Origin: an uncultured Gammaproteobacteria bacterium
GTDB lineage: Bacteria > Pseudomonadota > Gammaproteobacteria > HK1
Direction: 5' to 3'
Length of the DNA: 64,000 bases
NCBI GenBank assembly: GCA_958295835.1
Contig: OY282378.1
Location: 2,627,694 to 2,691,693 of the forward strand
Below are positions 31,038 through 41,322 of the stretch, piece after piece. Below the pieces are notes generated by a model, which made no database searches, had not been told where the DNA came from, and worked only from the letters and a program-made list of their open reading frames with translations. Position 1 is the first letter of the stretch, and each line of letters opens with the position of its first letter. The translations under genes were made by a program, and so were the position numbers.

Positions 31038-31901
31038 TTGTTCGTACGCCGGCCATCCGCGCTGATCCGGGCCGTGGTCGCCGTCGCCGCATCGATCGTG
31101 TTGATGAGCGTTGACCATCGCGCGAGCCATCTGGAGTCGGCGCGCGGTCTGCTCTCGACGGTACTGTATCCGCTGCAGCTTGCGATCCACCTTCCGATCC
31201 GTACCGGCGAATGGCTCTCCGAACAGCTCTCCGGGAGACGCACGATACTCGCCGAGAATACCCGGCTGCGTGAAGAGCGGCTTCGCATACGCGCCCGGCT
31301 CGAGAAGTTCGACGCGCTCGAAGCCGAGAACCGGCGGCTTCGCAATCTGCTCGGCAGCTCCGAGAAATTCGCCGAACGTGTGCTCGTGGCGGAGCTGATA
31401 TCGGTGGATATGGATCCGTTCAGCCGCCGGATCGTCGTCAACAAGGGCGCGCGGGACGACGTCTCGCCGGGTCAGGCCATGATCGGCTCCAAGGGGGTCA
31501 TGGGACAGATCATTCACGTCGGACCCTTTACCTCGAACGCACTACTGATTACCGATCCGAGCCACGCGCTTCCAGTGCAGATCCATCGCAACGGTCTGCG
31601 GGCGGTCGCATTCGGAACCGGCCCGCTCAATCTGTTGAAGCTCTCGTACGTTCCCAACAACGCCGATGTGCAAGTCAACGATCGAATCGTCACATCCGGG
31701 CTCGGCAGCCGGTTTCTGTCCGGTTATCCGGTCGGAAAGGTCGTTGAGATACGGCGAGACCCGGGCCGATCGTTCGCCGAGGTGTACGTGCAGCCGAGCG
31801 CAATGCTTGAACGTACTCGTGAGGTGCTCCTCGTGCGCTGGGATTCGATCTCTGACCAGGCCCCGGCTTCCGAGGCGTATACGAGCTGGAGTGGATGGTG
31901 A
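31038..31901 (+). CDS. mreC: Rod shape protein MreC
   Basis: N-terminal TM, coiled coil EAENRRLRNLL, VTSGLG..F..GYPVG. Confidence 0.96.
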   Translation: MFVRRPSALIRAVVAVAASIVLMSVDHRASHLESARGLLSTVLYPLQLAIHLPIRTGEWLSEQLSGRRTILAENTRLREERLRIRARLEKFDALEAENRRLRNLLGSSEKFAERVLVAELISVDMDPFSRRIVVNKGARDDVSPGQAMIGSKGVMGQIIHVGPFTSNALLITDPSHALPVQIHRNGLRAVAFGTGPLNLLKLSYVPNNADVQVNDRIVTSGLGSRFLSGYPVGKVVEIRRDPGRSFAEVYVQPSAMLERTREVLLVRWDSISDQAPASEAYTSWSGW

Positions 31902-32386
31902 TCCGGATGGTCCATCAAGGTCGTTGGATGATCACCGCCACGTTCGTCTTCGCGCTGCTGCTTACGGCACTTCCGATGCCGGACTCGGCGGCTGCCTGGC
32001 GTCCGGCGTGGGTCGCTCTGGTGCTCGTCTACTGGTGCATGGCGGCGCCTGATCGGGTCGGTGTCGTGGTCGGCTGGACGGCCGGATTGTTTCTCGACGT
32101 CATGACCGGCACGCTGCTCGGCCAGCACGCCCTGGGACTGAGCGTGGTCGCTTACGTCGCGCATCGCACCCACCGGCGGGTAAGGGTGCTGCCGCTGTGG
32201 CGGCAGGGAATCACCGTCTTCGGGCTCGTCTTTCTCTATCAGGCACTGATTCTATGGAGCAACGGCATTCGCGGCATACCGGTCATGGCCCCCGCGTATT
32301 GGACTTCTCCGCTTGTCAGCATGTTGTTGTGGCCATGGATGTTCGTTGTCCTGCGAGTCATCAGACGCCGGTACGCCATCGTGTGA
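31895..32386 (+). CDS. mreD: Rod shape protein MreD
   Basis: Polytopic membrane protein; RP.W..LVLVYW, GTLLGQHAL; start uncertain. Confidence 0.95.
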   Translation: MVIRMVHQGRWMITATFVFALLLTALPMPDSAAAWRPAWVALVLVYWCMAAPDRVGVVVGWTAGLFLDVMTGTLLGQHALGLSVVAYVAHRTHRRVRVLPLWRQGITVFGLVFLYQALILWSNGIRGIPVMAPAYWTSPLVSMLLWPWMFVVLRVIRRRYAIV

Positions 32387-32453
32387 CCTGGCCTGGGCCC
32401 ACCGGCTCGATTCATGGCGACAGCCGAGACTGAAGCCATATCGGCCGACCTGA

Positions 32454-34394
32454 TTGACCATGGCGCCGCTCTTCACGATCAAGGATTCGTCCCGCGAATC
32501 GCGCTTGTTCTCCATGCGCGCCGTCAGCGCGGTGGTCATCGTCGGGATACTCACGCTCGTACTCATCGGGCGGCTCGTCCATCTCCAGATCGTCAAGCAT
32601 CAGCACTTCACCACGCTGTCGGAGAACAACCGCGTCAAGATCGTTCCCATTGCGCCCACGCGGGGGCTCATCTTCGATCGTCAAGGCGAGATCCTGGCGC
32701 AGAACCTGCCTGTTTACAGCCTCGAGGTCGTTCCCGAGGTCGTCGGGGACGTCGACGCACTGATCGCCGAGCTACGCGGGATAATCGAGATCACCGGCGC
32801 GGACGAGGAGGCATTTCGGGCAGCCCTCGCCCGAAAGCGACGTTTCGAGAAAATCCCGCTACGCTCACGGTTGGAAGACCGTGAGGTCGCTCGATTCGCG
32901 GTCAACCGGCACCGATTTCCCGGTGTCGACATCGGTGCGCGGCTGACCCGGAACTACCCGCTTGGGGAGCTCGGGGTCCATCTCGTCGGCTACGTCGGCC
33001 GCATCAACAGGCGCGAGCTCGATCGCATCGATCATGTCGATTATCGAGGAACGTCGCACATCGGCAAGACAGGCGTCGAGGCGTCCTATGAAGACTGGCT
33101 GCATGGCAAGGTTGGTTATCAACATGTCGAGACCAATGCCCAAGGGCGGATCCTGCGCGTGTTGGAGCGTCATGATCCGGTTTCCGGCAAGAATCTGTTC
33201 CTCACGATGGACGCGAAATTGCAGCGCACGGCCGAGGCGGCCCTCGGGGAGGAGAACGGAGCGATCGTCGCCCTCGATCCGGCGACTGGTGCGGTGCTTG
33301 CCATGGCGAGCAACCCGGGGTTCGACCCCAATCTGTTCGCCAACGGGATCGGTGTCGAAACGTACCGGAGTCTGCAGCGTTCCCCCAACCGTCCGTTGGT
33401 CAATCGCGCGGTCAACGGACAGTATCCGCCGGGGTCGACGATCAAGCCGTTCGTGGGACTTGCGGGGCTTGCACACGGGATCGGTCATGCACGGCGAGAA
33501 TTGCGGTGTCCCGGTTGGTTCGTACTGCCCGGCGGCAAGCGCAGGTACCGTGACTGGAAGAAGTATGGACACGGCCGGCTGGGTCTGCACGGTGCAATCG
33601 TGCAGTCCTGCGACGTATATTTCTACAAGCTCGCGCTCGCGCTCGGCATCGACCGGATGCACGAATACCTGTCGAGCTTCGGCTTCGGCGAACGCACCGG
33701 CATCGAACTTGGGAGCGAGAGCCGAGGATTGATGCCTTCACGTACCTGGAAGCGCAGTGCTCGGGGCCAGCCGTGGTTTCCGGGAGAGACCGTCATCACC
33801 GGAATCGGACAGGGCTTCATGCTGACGACGCCGCTTCAACTCGCGTCCGCCACCGCCGCCGTCGCGATGCGAGGCACGCGATTGCGTCCGAGGCTCGTCG
33901 GTCGCGTGGTGGATCCCGCCAGCGGCGACGTCGAGGAGGTCGAGCCGGAGACGATCGCGACGATCGACTCGCTCGATGTTCACCACTGGGAGCGGATTAT
34001 CGAAGCAATGACCGGAGTCGTACATGGCCCGCGCGGCACGGCAAGGCGAATCAGTGACGGCCTTGCCTACCGGATTGCGGGCAAGACGGGAACCGCGCAG
34101 GTATTCGGCATCGGTCAGAATGAGGAATATGACGCCAAGAAGCTCGACAAGAAGCTGCACGATCACGGGCTCTTCATCGCGTTCGCCCCGGTTGGGCAGC
34201 CACGGGTCGCGGTCGCCGTGGTCGTGGAAAATGGCGGGAGCGGAAGCGGCGTGGCGGCGCCGCTTGCCCGTATCGTGATCGACGCTTATCTCGGCGACTT
34301 TCCAGCGCCGACTGCTCCCGGGCGGCGTACGCTGAGAGCGGCAGCGAACGGTGGGGCCAGCCCCCCCGCTACCCCGCCTGCGGCTTCCGGTTGA
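32454..34394 (+). CDS. mrdA: Penicillin-binding protein 2
   Basis: RGLIFDR, SxxK (PGSTIK), SCD, KTGTAQ. Confidence 0.98.
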   Translation: MTMAPLFTIKDSSRESRLFSMRAVSAVVIVGILTLVLIGRLVHLQIVKHQHFTTLSENNRVKIVPIAPTRGLIFDRQGEILAQNLPVYSLEVVPEVVGDVDALIAELRGIIEITGADEEAFRAALARKRRFEKIPLRSRLEDREVARFAVNRHRFPGVDIGARLTRNYPLGELGVHLVGYVGRINRRELDRIDHVDYRGTSHIGKTGVEASYEDWLHGKVGYQHVETNAQGRILRVLERHDPVSGKNLFLTMDAKLQRTAEAALGEENGAIVALDPATGAVLAMASNPGFDPNLFANGIGVETYRSLQRSPNRPLVNRAVNGQYPPGSTIKPFVGLAGLAHGIGHARRELRCPGWFVLPGGKRRYRDWKKYGHGRLGLHGAIVQSCDVYFYKLALALGIDRMHEYLSSFGFGERTGIELGSESRGLMPSRTWKRSARGQPWFPGETVITGIGQGFMLTTPLQLASATAAVAMRGTRLRPRLVGRVVDPASGDVEEVEPETIATIDSLDVHHWERIIEAMTGVVHGPRGTARRISDGLAYRIAGKTGTAQVFGIGQNEEYDAKKLDKKLHDHGLFIAFAPVGQPRVAVAVVVENGGSGSGVAAPLARIVIDAYLGDFPAPTAPGRRTLRAAANGGASPPATPPAASG

Positions 34395-35497
34395 GACGAC
34401 TGGTGGAATCTCGAATAGTCCTGAATGAACGGTTTCACCTGGACTTGCCCCTGTTGCTCGGGGTATTGGCGCTCTCCGTGTTCGGACTCGTGGCGCTCTA
34501 CAGCGCTGGCGGACGAGATACGGACCTCGTGATACGGCAGGCGATTCGGCTTGCGATCGGATTCGGGTTCATGTTCGCGATCGCCCAGATTGCGCCGAGC
34601 CGTTTCCACTACTGGGCGCTATCACTTTACTTGGTCGTCGTGTTGCTGTTGTGTATCGTGCCCGTGTTTGGAGAAACGGCGCAGGGGGCACAGCGATGGC
34701 TGCGGGTGGGACCCGTCAGCTTTCAGCCCTCGGAGTTTGCAAAGCTGACGGTGCCGCTGATGGTCGCCTGGTTCATCTCCAAGGGTGAATTGCCGCCGCG
34801 GCTGTGGCGAATCGTGCTCGGCGGTTTGCTCACGCTCGTGCCGGTCGTGCTGGTGGTGCGCCAACCGGACCTCGGAACCTCATTGCTCATCGCCGCATCG
34901 GGGGCTTTCGTGTTGTTCCTCGCCGGACTGGGCTGGCGCTACATCGTGGCTCTGGCCGTACTGGCGGCGGCATGTGTGCCGCTATTGTGGCATTTCATGC
35001 ATGACTACCAGCGCCAGCGCGTGCTTACGCTGCTCGATCCGCAGCAGGACCCGCTCGGCACCGGATATCACATCATTCAGTCGACGATTGCGATCGGTTC
35101 CGGAGGCTTGTACGGGAAGGGCTGGTTCAACGGGACCCAGTCGCAGCTCGACTTCCTGCCGGAGCGGTCGACGGATTTCGTTCTGGCCGTGATTGGCGAG
35201 GAGTTCGGCCTGCTCGGAATACTGGTGCTGCTCTCGACCTACCTGTTCATCGTCTACCGTGGGCTGTACATCGCCGCGCATGCGCAGAATACATTCGGGA
35301 AGCTGCTCGCCGGGGCGTTGGTGCTCACGTTCTTCATCTATGTATTCGTGAACATCGGCATGGTGTCGGGTATCCTGCCGGTGGTGGGGCTCCCGCTTCC
35401 GCTTGTAAGCTACGGCGGTACCTCCATGGTCACTTTGATGTCGGGATTCGGAATCGTCATGTCCATTCATACGCATCGCCTGTTTCTCTCGCGCTGA
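34391..35497 (+). CDS. rodA: SEDS peptidoglycan polymerase RodA
   Basis: FQPSEFAK, QPDLGT, LPLVSYGGTS. Confidence 0.98.
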   Translation: MRRLVESRIVLNERFHLDLPLLLGVLALSVFGLVALYSAGGRDTDLVIRQAIRLAIGFGFMFAIAQIAPSRFHYWALSLYLVVVLLLCIVPVFGETAQGAQRWLRVGPVSFQPSEFAKLTVPLMVAWFISKGELPPRLWRIVLGGLLTLVPVVLVVRQPDLGTSLLIAASGAFVLFLAGLGWRYIVALAVLAAACVPLLWHFMHDYQRQRVLTLLDPQQDPLGTGYHIIQSTIAIGSGGLYGKGWFNGTQSQLDFLPERSTDFVLAVIGEEFGLLGILVLLSTYLFIVYRGLYIAAHAQNTFGKLLAGALVLTFFIYVFVNIGMVSGILPVVGLPLPLVSYGGTSMVTLMSGFGIVMSIHTHRLFLSR

Positions 35498-35519
35498 CCC
35501 ACGGAGACCCGGAGCCATA

Positions 35520-36545
35520 ATGAAAGATCTCATCGGATCTGCGCATCTGGAAGGGAGTCGCGTTCCGATTGCCGTCACGCTGGCCGCTCTGCTCGTCTAC
35601 GGGTCGAGTTCGGTGGCCGGCTCCACGGCCCTCGACCCCACCACCGAGATCGAGCCGTTCGTCGCACGCATGGCGGAGACCCATGGTGTGCCCGCACACC
35701 GGACCCGAGCCCTCCTGACCGATGCCAGGGTGCTCGACTCCGTGCTCGAAGCGGTGCAGCGGCCGGCCGAGCGCAAGCCGTGGTACGAATATCGCAGGAT
35801 ATTCATCACCGAGAAGCGCATCGCGCGCGGCGCCGTATTCTGGCGCGCACATGCGAGTTCTCTGGAACGAGCCGCCGAGCGGTTCGGTGTTCCGCCGGAG
35901 ATCGTTGTCGCGATCATCGGCGTGGAGAGCTTCTACGGCGTTCATCGGGGCCGAATCCGGGTACTCGATGCACTGGCGACCCTGGGGTTCCGCTACCCGA
36001 AGCGCTCGGCGTTCTTTCTCTCGGAGCTGGAGGCGTTCGTGTTGCTCTCCAATGAAGAGGGCGTGGACGCCCGGAGCGTCAAGGGTTCCTACGCTGGCGC
36101 GATGGGTATCGCGCAATTCATATCGAGCAGCTATCGACGCTACGCGATCGACTTCGACGGCGACGACTCGCGCGATCTCATGCAGTCACCGGAGGACGCC
36201 ATTGGAAGCATTGCAAACTATCTTTCCATGCACGGCTGGCTTCCGGGGGCGGCGATTGCGGCCCGAGCCGAGGTCGAAGGAGACGCCTTCCGCACGGTGG
36301 TCGAGCAGGGCATCAAGCCGCATGCGTCACTCGCATCGATGCGCGCCAAGGGCGTCAGCTTCGCCACGTACGCGGCCGAGGAGGAGCTGGGGGCACTGCT
36401 GGAGTTCGAGACGAAGAACGGGCCCGAGTACTGGATCGGATTGACGAACTTCTATGTCATTACACGCTATAACCGCAGTCGTCTCTACGCGCTGGCGGTG
36501 CTCCAGCTCGCACGGCGCATACGCGAGCGTCACGGCTCCGGCTGA
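35520..36545 (+). CDS. mltB: Lytic murein transglycosylase B
   Basis: IIGVES, GSYAGAMG..QF..SSY, ITRYN.S..YA. Confidence 0.96.
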   Translation: MKDLIGSAHLEGSRVPIAVTLAALLVYGSSSVAGSTALDPTTEIEPFVARMAETHGVPAHRTRALLTDARVLDSVLEAVQRPAERKPWYEYRRIFITEKRIARGAVFWRAHASSLERAAERFGVPPEIVVAIIGVESFYGVHRGRIRVLDALATLGFRYPKRSAFFLSELEAFVLLSNEEGVDARSVKGSYAGAMGIAQFISSSYRRYAIDFDGDDSRDLMQSPEDAIGSIANYLSMHGWLPGAAIAARAEVEGDAFRTVVEQGIKPHASLASMRAKGVSFATYAAEEELGALLEFETKNGPEYWIGLTNFYVITRYNRSRLYALAVLQLARRIRERHGSG

Positions 36546-36552
36546 GCCACAT

Positions 36553-37356
36553 CTGCCTGACGCGCGGAAGGTCGCCCGTTGCCTCGCGGCGCTGACATGG
36601 ATGGCCATATCGAGCGCGTGTGGTGTCGTTTCGGAACGGGACCGACAGCCAGCGGGAGGACTCGATCTGTCTTCGATTCCCGATCCGGTGCCTCGGATGG
36701 AACCGAGAAGCCGTTACGGGAACCCGCGCTTGTACGTGGTCAACGGCAAACAGTACTTTACCCTGCCCTCCGCGCGAGGATTCACCCAGCGCGGAATCGC
36801 GTCATGGTATGGGCCGAAGTTTCACGGTCGCCGCACCTCCAGCGGCGAGACTTACGACATGTACAAGATGACCGCGGCCCACAAGACGCTGCCCCTGCCG
36901 ACCTACGTCGCGGTGCGGAACCTCGCGACGGGACGCGAAATCGTGGTCCGTGTCAATGATCGCGGTCCGTTCCACGGAGACCGGATTATCGACCTCTCCT
37001 ATGCGGCAGCGACCAAGCTGGGAATCGCGCGTCGAGGAACCGGGCTCGTCGAGGTGCGGGCGCTGGAGTCCGGGTCCGCGGCGCGACGCGCCCGGGGCTC
37101 CGAGCCGACACGATCCGGACCGGCCAGGCTCTTCGTTCAGGCCGGCGCGTTCCAGGCGGCCACGAACGCGGTCAGGCTGCGGACCAGGCTCGCCGCCGTA
37201 TCGAAGTTGCCGGTTCGAGTGCGACGGGCGATATCGGACGGTCGGGTCATGTATCGTGTGTGGCTTGGACCCGTGTCCAGCGTCGAGGAGGCGTATCGAG
37301 TCTCCGATGTGCTCGGGGTGCTCGGTATCGAAGGTCCGCGCATCGTTGCCGAGTAG
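36553..37356 (+). CDS. rlpA: RlpA septal lytic transglycosylase lipoprotein (DPBB + SPOR)
   Basis: GIASWYG, TAAHKTLP, VNDRGPF, IDLSYAAA, SPOR VQAGAF; start uncertain (CTG 36553 proposed). Confidence 0.93.
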   Translation: MPDARKVARCLAALTWMAISSACGVVSERDRQPAGGLDLSSIPDPVPRMEPRSRYGNPRLYVVNGKQYFTLPSARGFTQRGIASWYGPKFHGRRTSSGETYDMYKMTAAHKTLPLPTYVAVRNLATGREIVVRVNDRGPFHGDRIIDLSYAAATKLGIARRGTGLVEVRALESGSAARRARGSEPTRSGPARLFVQAGAFQAATNAVRLRTRLAAVSKLPVRVRRAISDGRVMYRVWLGPVSSVEEAYRVSDVLGVLGIEGPRIVAE

Positions 37357-37461
37357 TTGTTCCACCTCGTGTGCGTCGAATCCGGCGTTGGCGCCGACGG
37401 TACAATCGCGATGCTGACGAGTGTGCACCCCATCTGAATCCATTACGGCTGGTTTCATCCC

Positions 37462-38592
37462 ATGTACCGTCGATTCTTCGCGATTCTCGTTCTGGTTCTC
37501 GGTTGCGCCGCCGCGCAGGGAGCTGGCGTCCCCCAGCCCCCCGAGGTCGACGCGAGGGCCCATCTCCTTATCGACATGCACACCGCGCGCGTGCTCTCCG
37601 CGGGGGACGCCGACGAGCCCCTGGAGCCTGCCAGCCTGACCAAGATGCTGACGAGCTACGTCGTCTTCGCGGAGATGGCGCAGGGGAAGTTCGCGCTCTC
37701 CGACGAGGTGCTGGTGAGCGAGAAGGCTTGGCGGATGAAGGGCTCGAGGATGTTCATCGAAGTCGGAACGCGGGTTCCGGTTGAAGCCCTCCTCATGGGC
37801 CTCATCGTTCAATCGGGGAACGATGCCGCGGTCGCCCTCGCTGAGTTCGTGGCCGGAGACGAGCATGCGTTCGCCGACCTCATGAACCGTTACGCCCGCC
37901 AGCTCGGGATGTCCGGGAGCCATTTCACGAACGCCTCGGGACTCCCCGATCCGGATCACTACTCGACCGCCAGGGACATGGCCCGTATCGCCGCTGCTCT
38001 TATCCAGGATTTCCCCGAGTACTACCCCTGGAACGCGATCCGCGAGTACGAGTACGGGGGAATCAAGCAGCCCAACCGTAACGCCCTGCTGTTCCGGGAT
38101 GAAACGGTCGATGGGTTGAAGACGGGGTACACGAGGGCAGCGGACTATTGCCTCGTCGCATCGGCGAAGCGTGAGGGAATGCGGCTCATCGCGTCGGTGA
38201 TGGGAGCGAAGTCCCCTCGCGCCCGCGCGCGCATCGCCCAGTCACTCCTCAACTACGGATTCCGCTTCTACGAGACCCGGCGCGTCTACGCCTCGGACGA
38301 GAAGGTTGCCGATGTCCGGGTGTGGAAAGGTGACGCCAAGCGTCTCGCACTCGGGGTCGAGCAGAGCTTGTACGTCACGGTGCCACGCGGCCGGTACGAC
38401 GAGATCAAGATGGAGATGGAGATCGCCGCAAGGCCCGTAGCCCCGGTACGCGCGGGCGCGCAACAGGGCGTCCTGCGACTGGCTCTCGGGGAGGAGCTGA
38501 CGATCGAGCGGCCTCTGGTCGCACTCGACGATGTTGTGGAAGGTAATTTGTGGCAGAAGCTGAGCGATCACGTCCGACTGATGTTCGAGTAA
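37462..38592 (+). CDS. dacA: D-Ala-D-Ala carboxypeptidase (PBP5/6)
   Basis: PASLTK, SGN, KTG. Confidence 0.95.
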   Translation: MYRRFFAILVLVLGCAAAQGAGVPQPPEVDARAHLLIDMHTARVLSAGDADEPLEPASLTKMLTSYVVFAEMAQGKFALSDEVLVSEKAWRMKGSRMFIEVGTRVPVEALLMGLIVQSGNDAAVALAEFVAGDEHAFADLMNRYARQLGMSGSHFTNASGLPDPDHYSTARDMARIAAALIQDFPEYYPWNAIREYEYGGIKQPNRNALLFRDETVDGLKTGYTRAADYCLVASAKREGMRLIASVMGAKSPRARARIAQSLLNYGFRFYETRRVYASDEKVADVRVWKGDAKRLALGVEQSLYVTVPRGRYDEIKMEMEIAARPVAPVRAGAQQGVLRLALGEELTIERPLVALDDVVEGNLWQKLSDHVRLMFE

Positions 38593-38680
38593 TCCAGGCT
38601 GTCGCCTCGGACGTGCAGCTCGCACGTCCTCCCGCCCGATGGGTATGGGGTGACGGCGGCGGAGGCGCCGTGCTCGTCGA

Positions 38681-39460
38681 ATGGGACCGCTGGCTGTGAA
38701 CGTCGAAAATTCGCCACGCCACGCATCGGTGGCGAAGCGCTCGCGGTCGCTTCTGATCCGCCGGCTCGGATGCGTGCCGTATTGCGAGACGGTGCAGTCG
38801 ATGCGATCGCATACCGACGCCAGACGTGTCGATTCGCCCGACGAGCTCTGGATGCTGGAGCATCCCCCGGTTTTCACGCTCGGGCAGGCCGGACGACGTG
38901 GTCATGTGCGCGATCCCGGAGCAATCCCCGTGGTGCGTTCCGATCGGGGAGGGCAGGTGACCTATCATGGGCCGGGACAGCTCGTGGCGTATCTGCTCTT
39001 CGATTTGCGCCGTGCGAAGGTGGGGGTGCGCCGGATCGTCGAGACGCTCGAGCAGGCGGTGATCGATATGCTCAGCGGCGCTTCCATCGCGGCGGCCAGG
39101 CGTGAGGACGCACCCGGTGTCTACGTCGAAGGCCACAAGATCGCGTCGGTCGGACTTCGCGTAAGCGCCGGATGTACGTTCCATGGGGTCTCGATCAACG
39201 TCGATCTCGATCTCTCGCCGTTCGATCGGATCGATACCTGCGGATTCACCATGCTGCCCGTGACCCGACTCGCCGATCTCTCGGTTCGATGGAGCGTGGA
39301 AGAGACGTGCCGGCGATTCGCCGCATCGCTCGGACGGATGCTGGCCCGCGAGATCGAGTGGGACGAAGTGCGGGATTCGTCTGTCCGTTGCCTCACGGCG
39401 CGGGCGATATCGTGTGAATCAGCAGGAACGACGGACCGGCGCCGCGAATCGTGTCCCTAG
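38681..39460 (+). CDS. lipB: Octanoyltransferase LipB
   Basis: EHPPVFTLG, DRGGQVTYHGPGQ, KIASVG, HG..IN; start uncertain. Confidence 0.95.
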   Translation: MGPLAVNVENSPRHASVAKRSRSLLIRRLGCVPYCETVQSMRSHTDARRVDSPDELWMLEHPPVFTLGQAGRRGHVRDPGAIPVVRSDRGGQVTYHGPGQLVAYLLFDLRRAKVGVRRIVETLEQAVIDMLSGASIAAARREDAPGVYVEGHKIASVGLRVSAGCTFHGVSINVDLDLSPFDRIDTCGFTMLPVTRLADLSVRWSVEETCRRFAASLGRMLAREIEWDEVRDSSVRCLTARAISCESAGTTDRRRESCP

Positions 39461-40509
39461 GCCCCCTCATGGCAGGAATCGCGGGCTGCGAGCTCGACCA
39501 GGTCGAGAGAGAGGTGTTGCGCCATCCTTGCGTCGGTGGCGTCATACTGTTTTCGCGCAACTATCGCAGCCGCGAGCAGTTGTGTGCCTTGTGCGATGCC
39601 ATTCACGCACTGAAACAGCCGCCGTTGCTCATCGGGGTCGATCACGAAGGCGGTCGGGTGCAACGCTTTCGAGATGGATTCACCGCTCTTCCCGCAGCGG
39701 GGCGATATGGGATCCTCCATGGTCGGAACCCGGAGGTCGCGGGCCGTGTCGCGCGCGTCGGCGGGTGGGTGATGGCCGTCGAGCTGCGCGCGTGCGGAGT
39801 CGATTTCAGCTTTGCGCCGGTTCTCGATCTTGGTCGCGGGGTGAGCACGGTGATCGGTGATCGCGCGTTCCATCACGATCCCGACGTGGTAACCACGCTC
39901 GCACGTGCGTTCCTCGCGGGGATGAGGGACGCCGAGGTCGGCGGAGTCGGAAAACACTTTCCCGGGCACGGGAGCGTCGCAGCCGATTCACACCGCGTGC
40001 TTCCCGTCGATGACCGCTCGTACGAGGATCTCCGACTGTCCGACCTCGTGCCCTTCGAACGTCTCGCCGCTACGGATCTGGCGGGCGTCATGCCTGCCCA
40101 CGTCGTATTCGAATGCCTGGACGACCGCCCCGCCGGTTTCTCGCGGCGCTGGATCAGAGATGTCCTTCGCGGCGAGCTGGGCTTTCAGGGCATCGTCTTC
40201 AGCGACGATCTCGACATGTCCGCCGCCGCGACCGGCGGAGATCACGTCGTCCGAGCGCGTGCCGCGATTGAAGCGGGATGCGACATGGTGCTGGTGTGCA
40301 ACGACTGGCCAGGCGCAATCGCGGTCGTGGAAGGGTTGAAGCTCGATCCGGACCCGGTGCGAATTGCACGAATGGCAAGGATGCACGGTCGCGGTGCACC
40401 GTCGTTCGAGCGGCTTGCGTCGGACGCGGCGTATCGGAACGCGGTCGCCGACATCTCGTCGTTGGTCCGGGAGCCGGAGCTCGGACTCGGTGACGACCAT
40501 CTCGTGTGA
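39451..40509 (+). CDS. nagZ: Beta-N-acetylhexosaminidase NagZ
   Basis: DHEGGRVQR, KHFPGHG...DSH, SDDL. Confidence 0.97.
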   Translation: MSLGPLMAGIAGCELDQVEREVLRHPCVGGVILFSRNYRSREQLCALCDAIHALKQPPLLIGVDHEGGRVQRFRDGFTALPAAGRYGILHGRNPEVAGRVARVGGWVMAVELRACGVDFSFAPVLDLGRGVSTVIGDRAFHHDPDVVTTLARAFLAGMRDAEVGGVGKHFPGHGSVAADSHRVLPVDDRSYEDLRLSDLVPFERLAATDLAGVMPAHVVFECLDDRPAGFSRRWIRDVLRGELGFQGIVFSDDLDMSAAATGGDHVVRARAAIEAGCDMVLVCNDWPGAIAVVEGLKLDPDPVRIARMARMHGRGAPSFERLASDAAYRNAVADISSLVREPELGLGDDHLV

Positions 40510-40536
40510 GCTTCGGAGCCCCGCCGTTCGGGCGGC

Positions 40537-41322
40537 TCAGATGATGCAGCAGAGAAGATCGAATTCGACGTCTTCGTCGGTCTGGCTCGGTCGCGACGTA
40601 GTGCCGCCGGGACGAAGGAACCGTATCGCGAAACGCTGCTTGCCTGCGCTGATCTCGGGGTACAGGGAGAACTTCCGGGAGAGAGCGACCCGGATCATCT
40701 GGCACGGCGTGGACGAGCCGAGGTTGCGCTGATAGAAACCACCGCTTGCGACCTCGCGGGTGGCCGCGACGCTCTCGCGCACGATGCGGAGACACAGTCC
40801 GATGGATGACTCGAACGGGCCGAACGTGGAAATCCAGTCGTTCAGGTCGCGACGCTGCTGGCTCCCGGGCTGCTCCAACCAGTAATGGAATGCCGGAAGG
40901 TCGAAGTCGCAGGTGCCGGCGGGGATGCTGCTGCGTTGACGCACGGCGTTCAGCAGCTCGTTGTAGCGTAGCTCGTGCCCTGGGGCGGTTTCGCACCCGT
41001 GCAACGCTTGCAGCATGGAGTGGACCTCGTCCCGGACCTCTTGCAGCCGCTCCTGGGCGACGTTCGGATTTCGGCTGAGCGCATACAAGGTCGCCGAGTG
41101 GCGTTCGAGCTCCTTGATGACTTCCTTCTTGAGATCCGCGCGGCTCAGCACCGCCATCACATCAATGATGACCTCAAAGGTCAAACGGCTCGCCCAGGGC
41201 GATTCCTGTCCGAGCAGGTAGCGCGCGCGACGAAAAAGAAATTCGAGGCGGAGGAACGTGCGGATCCGCTCGCTCAGCGGTTGCTCGTAGACGATGGGTC
41301 CGCGGTCGGGATCCTGCATCAT
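40537..41322 (-). CDS. zapD: Cell division protein ZapD
   Basis: YEQPLSERIRTFLRLE, C.FDLP, YPEISAGK.RF.IRF; ATGA overlap with coaE. Confidence 0.95.
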   Translation of the reverse strand: MMQDPDRGPIVYEQPLSERIRTFLRLEFLFRRARYLLGQESPWASRLTFEVIIDVMAVLSRADLKKEVIKELERHSATLYALSRNPNVAQERLQEVRDEVHSMLQALHGCETAPGHELRYNELLNAVRQRSSIPAGTCDFDLPAFHYWLEQPGSQQRRDLNDWISTFGPFESSIGLCLRIVRESVAATREVASGGFYQRNLGSSTPCQMIRVALSRKFSLYPEISAGKQRFAIRFLRPGGTTSRPSQTDEDVEFDLLCCII

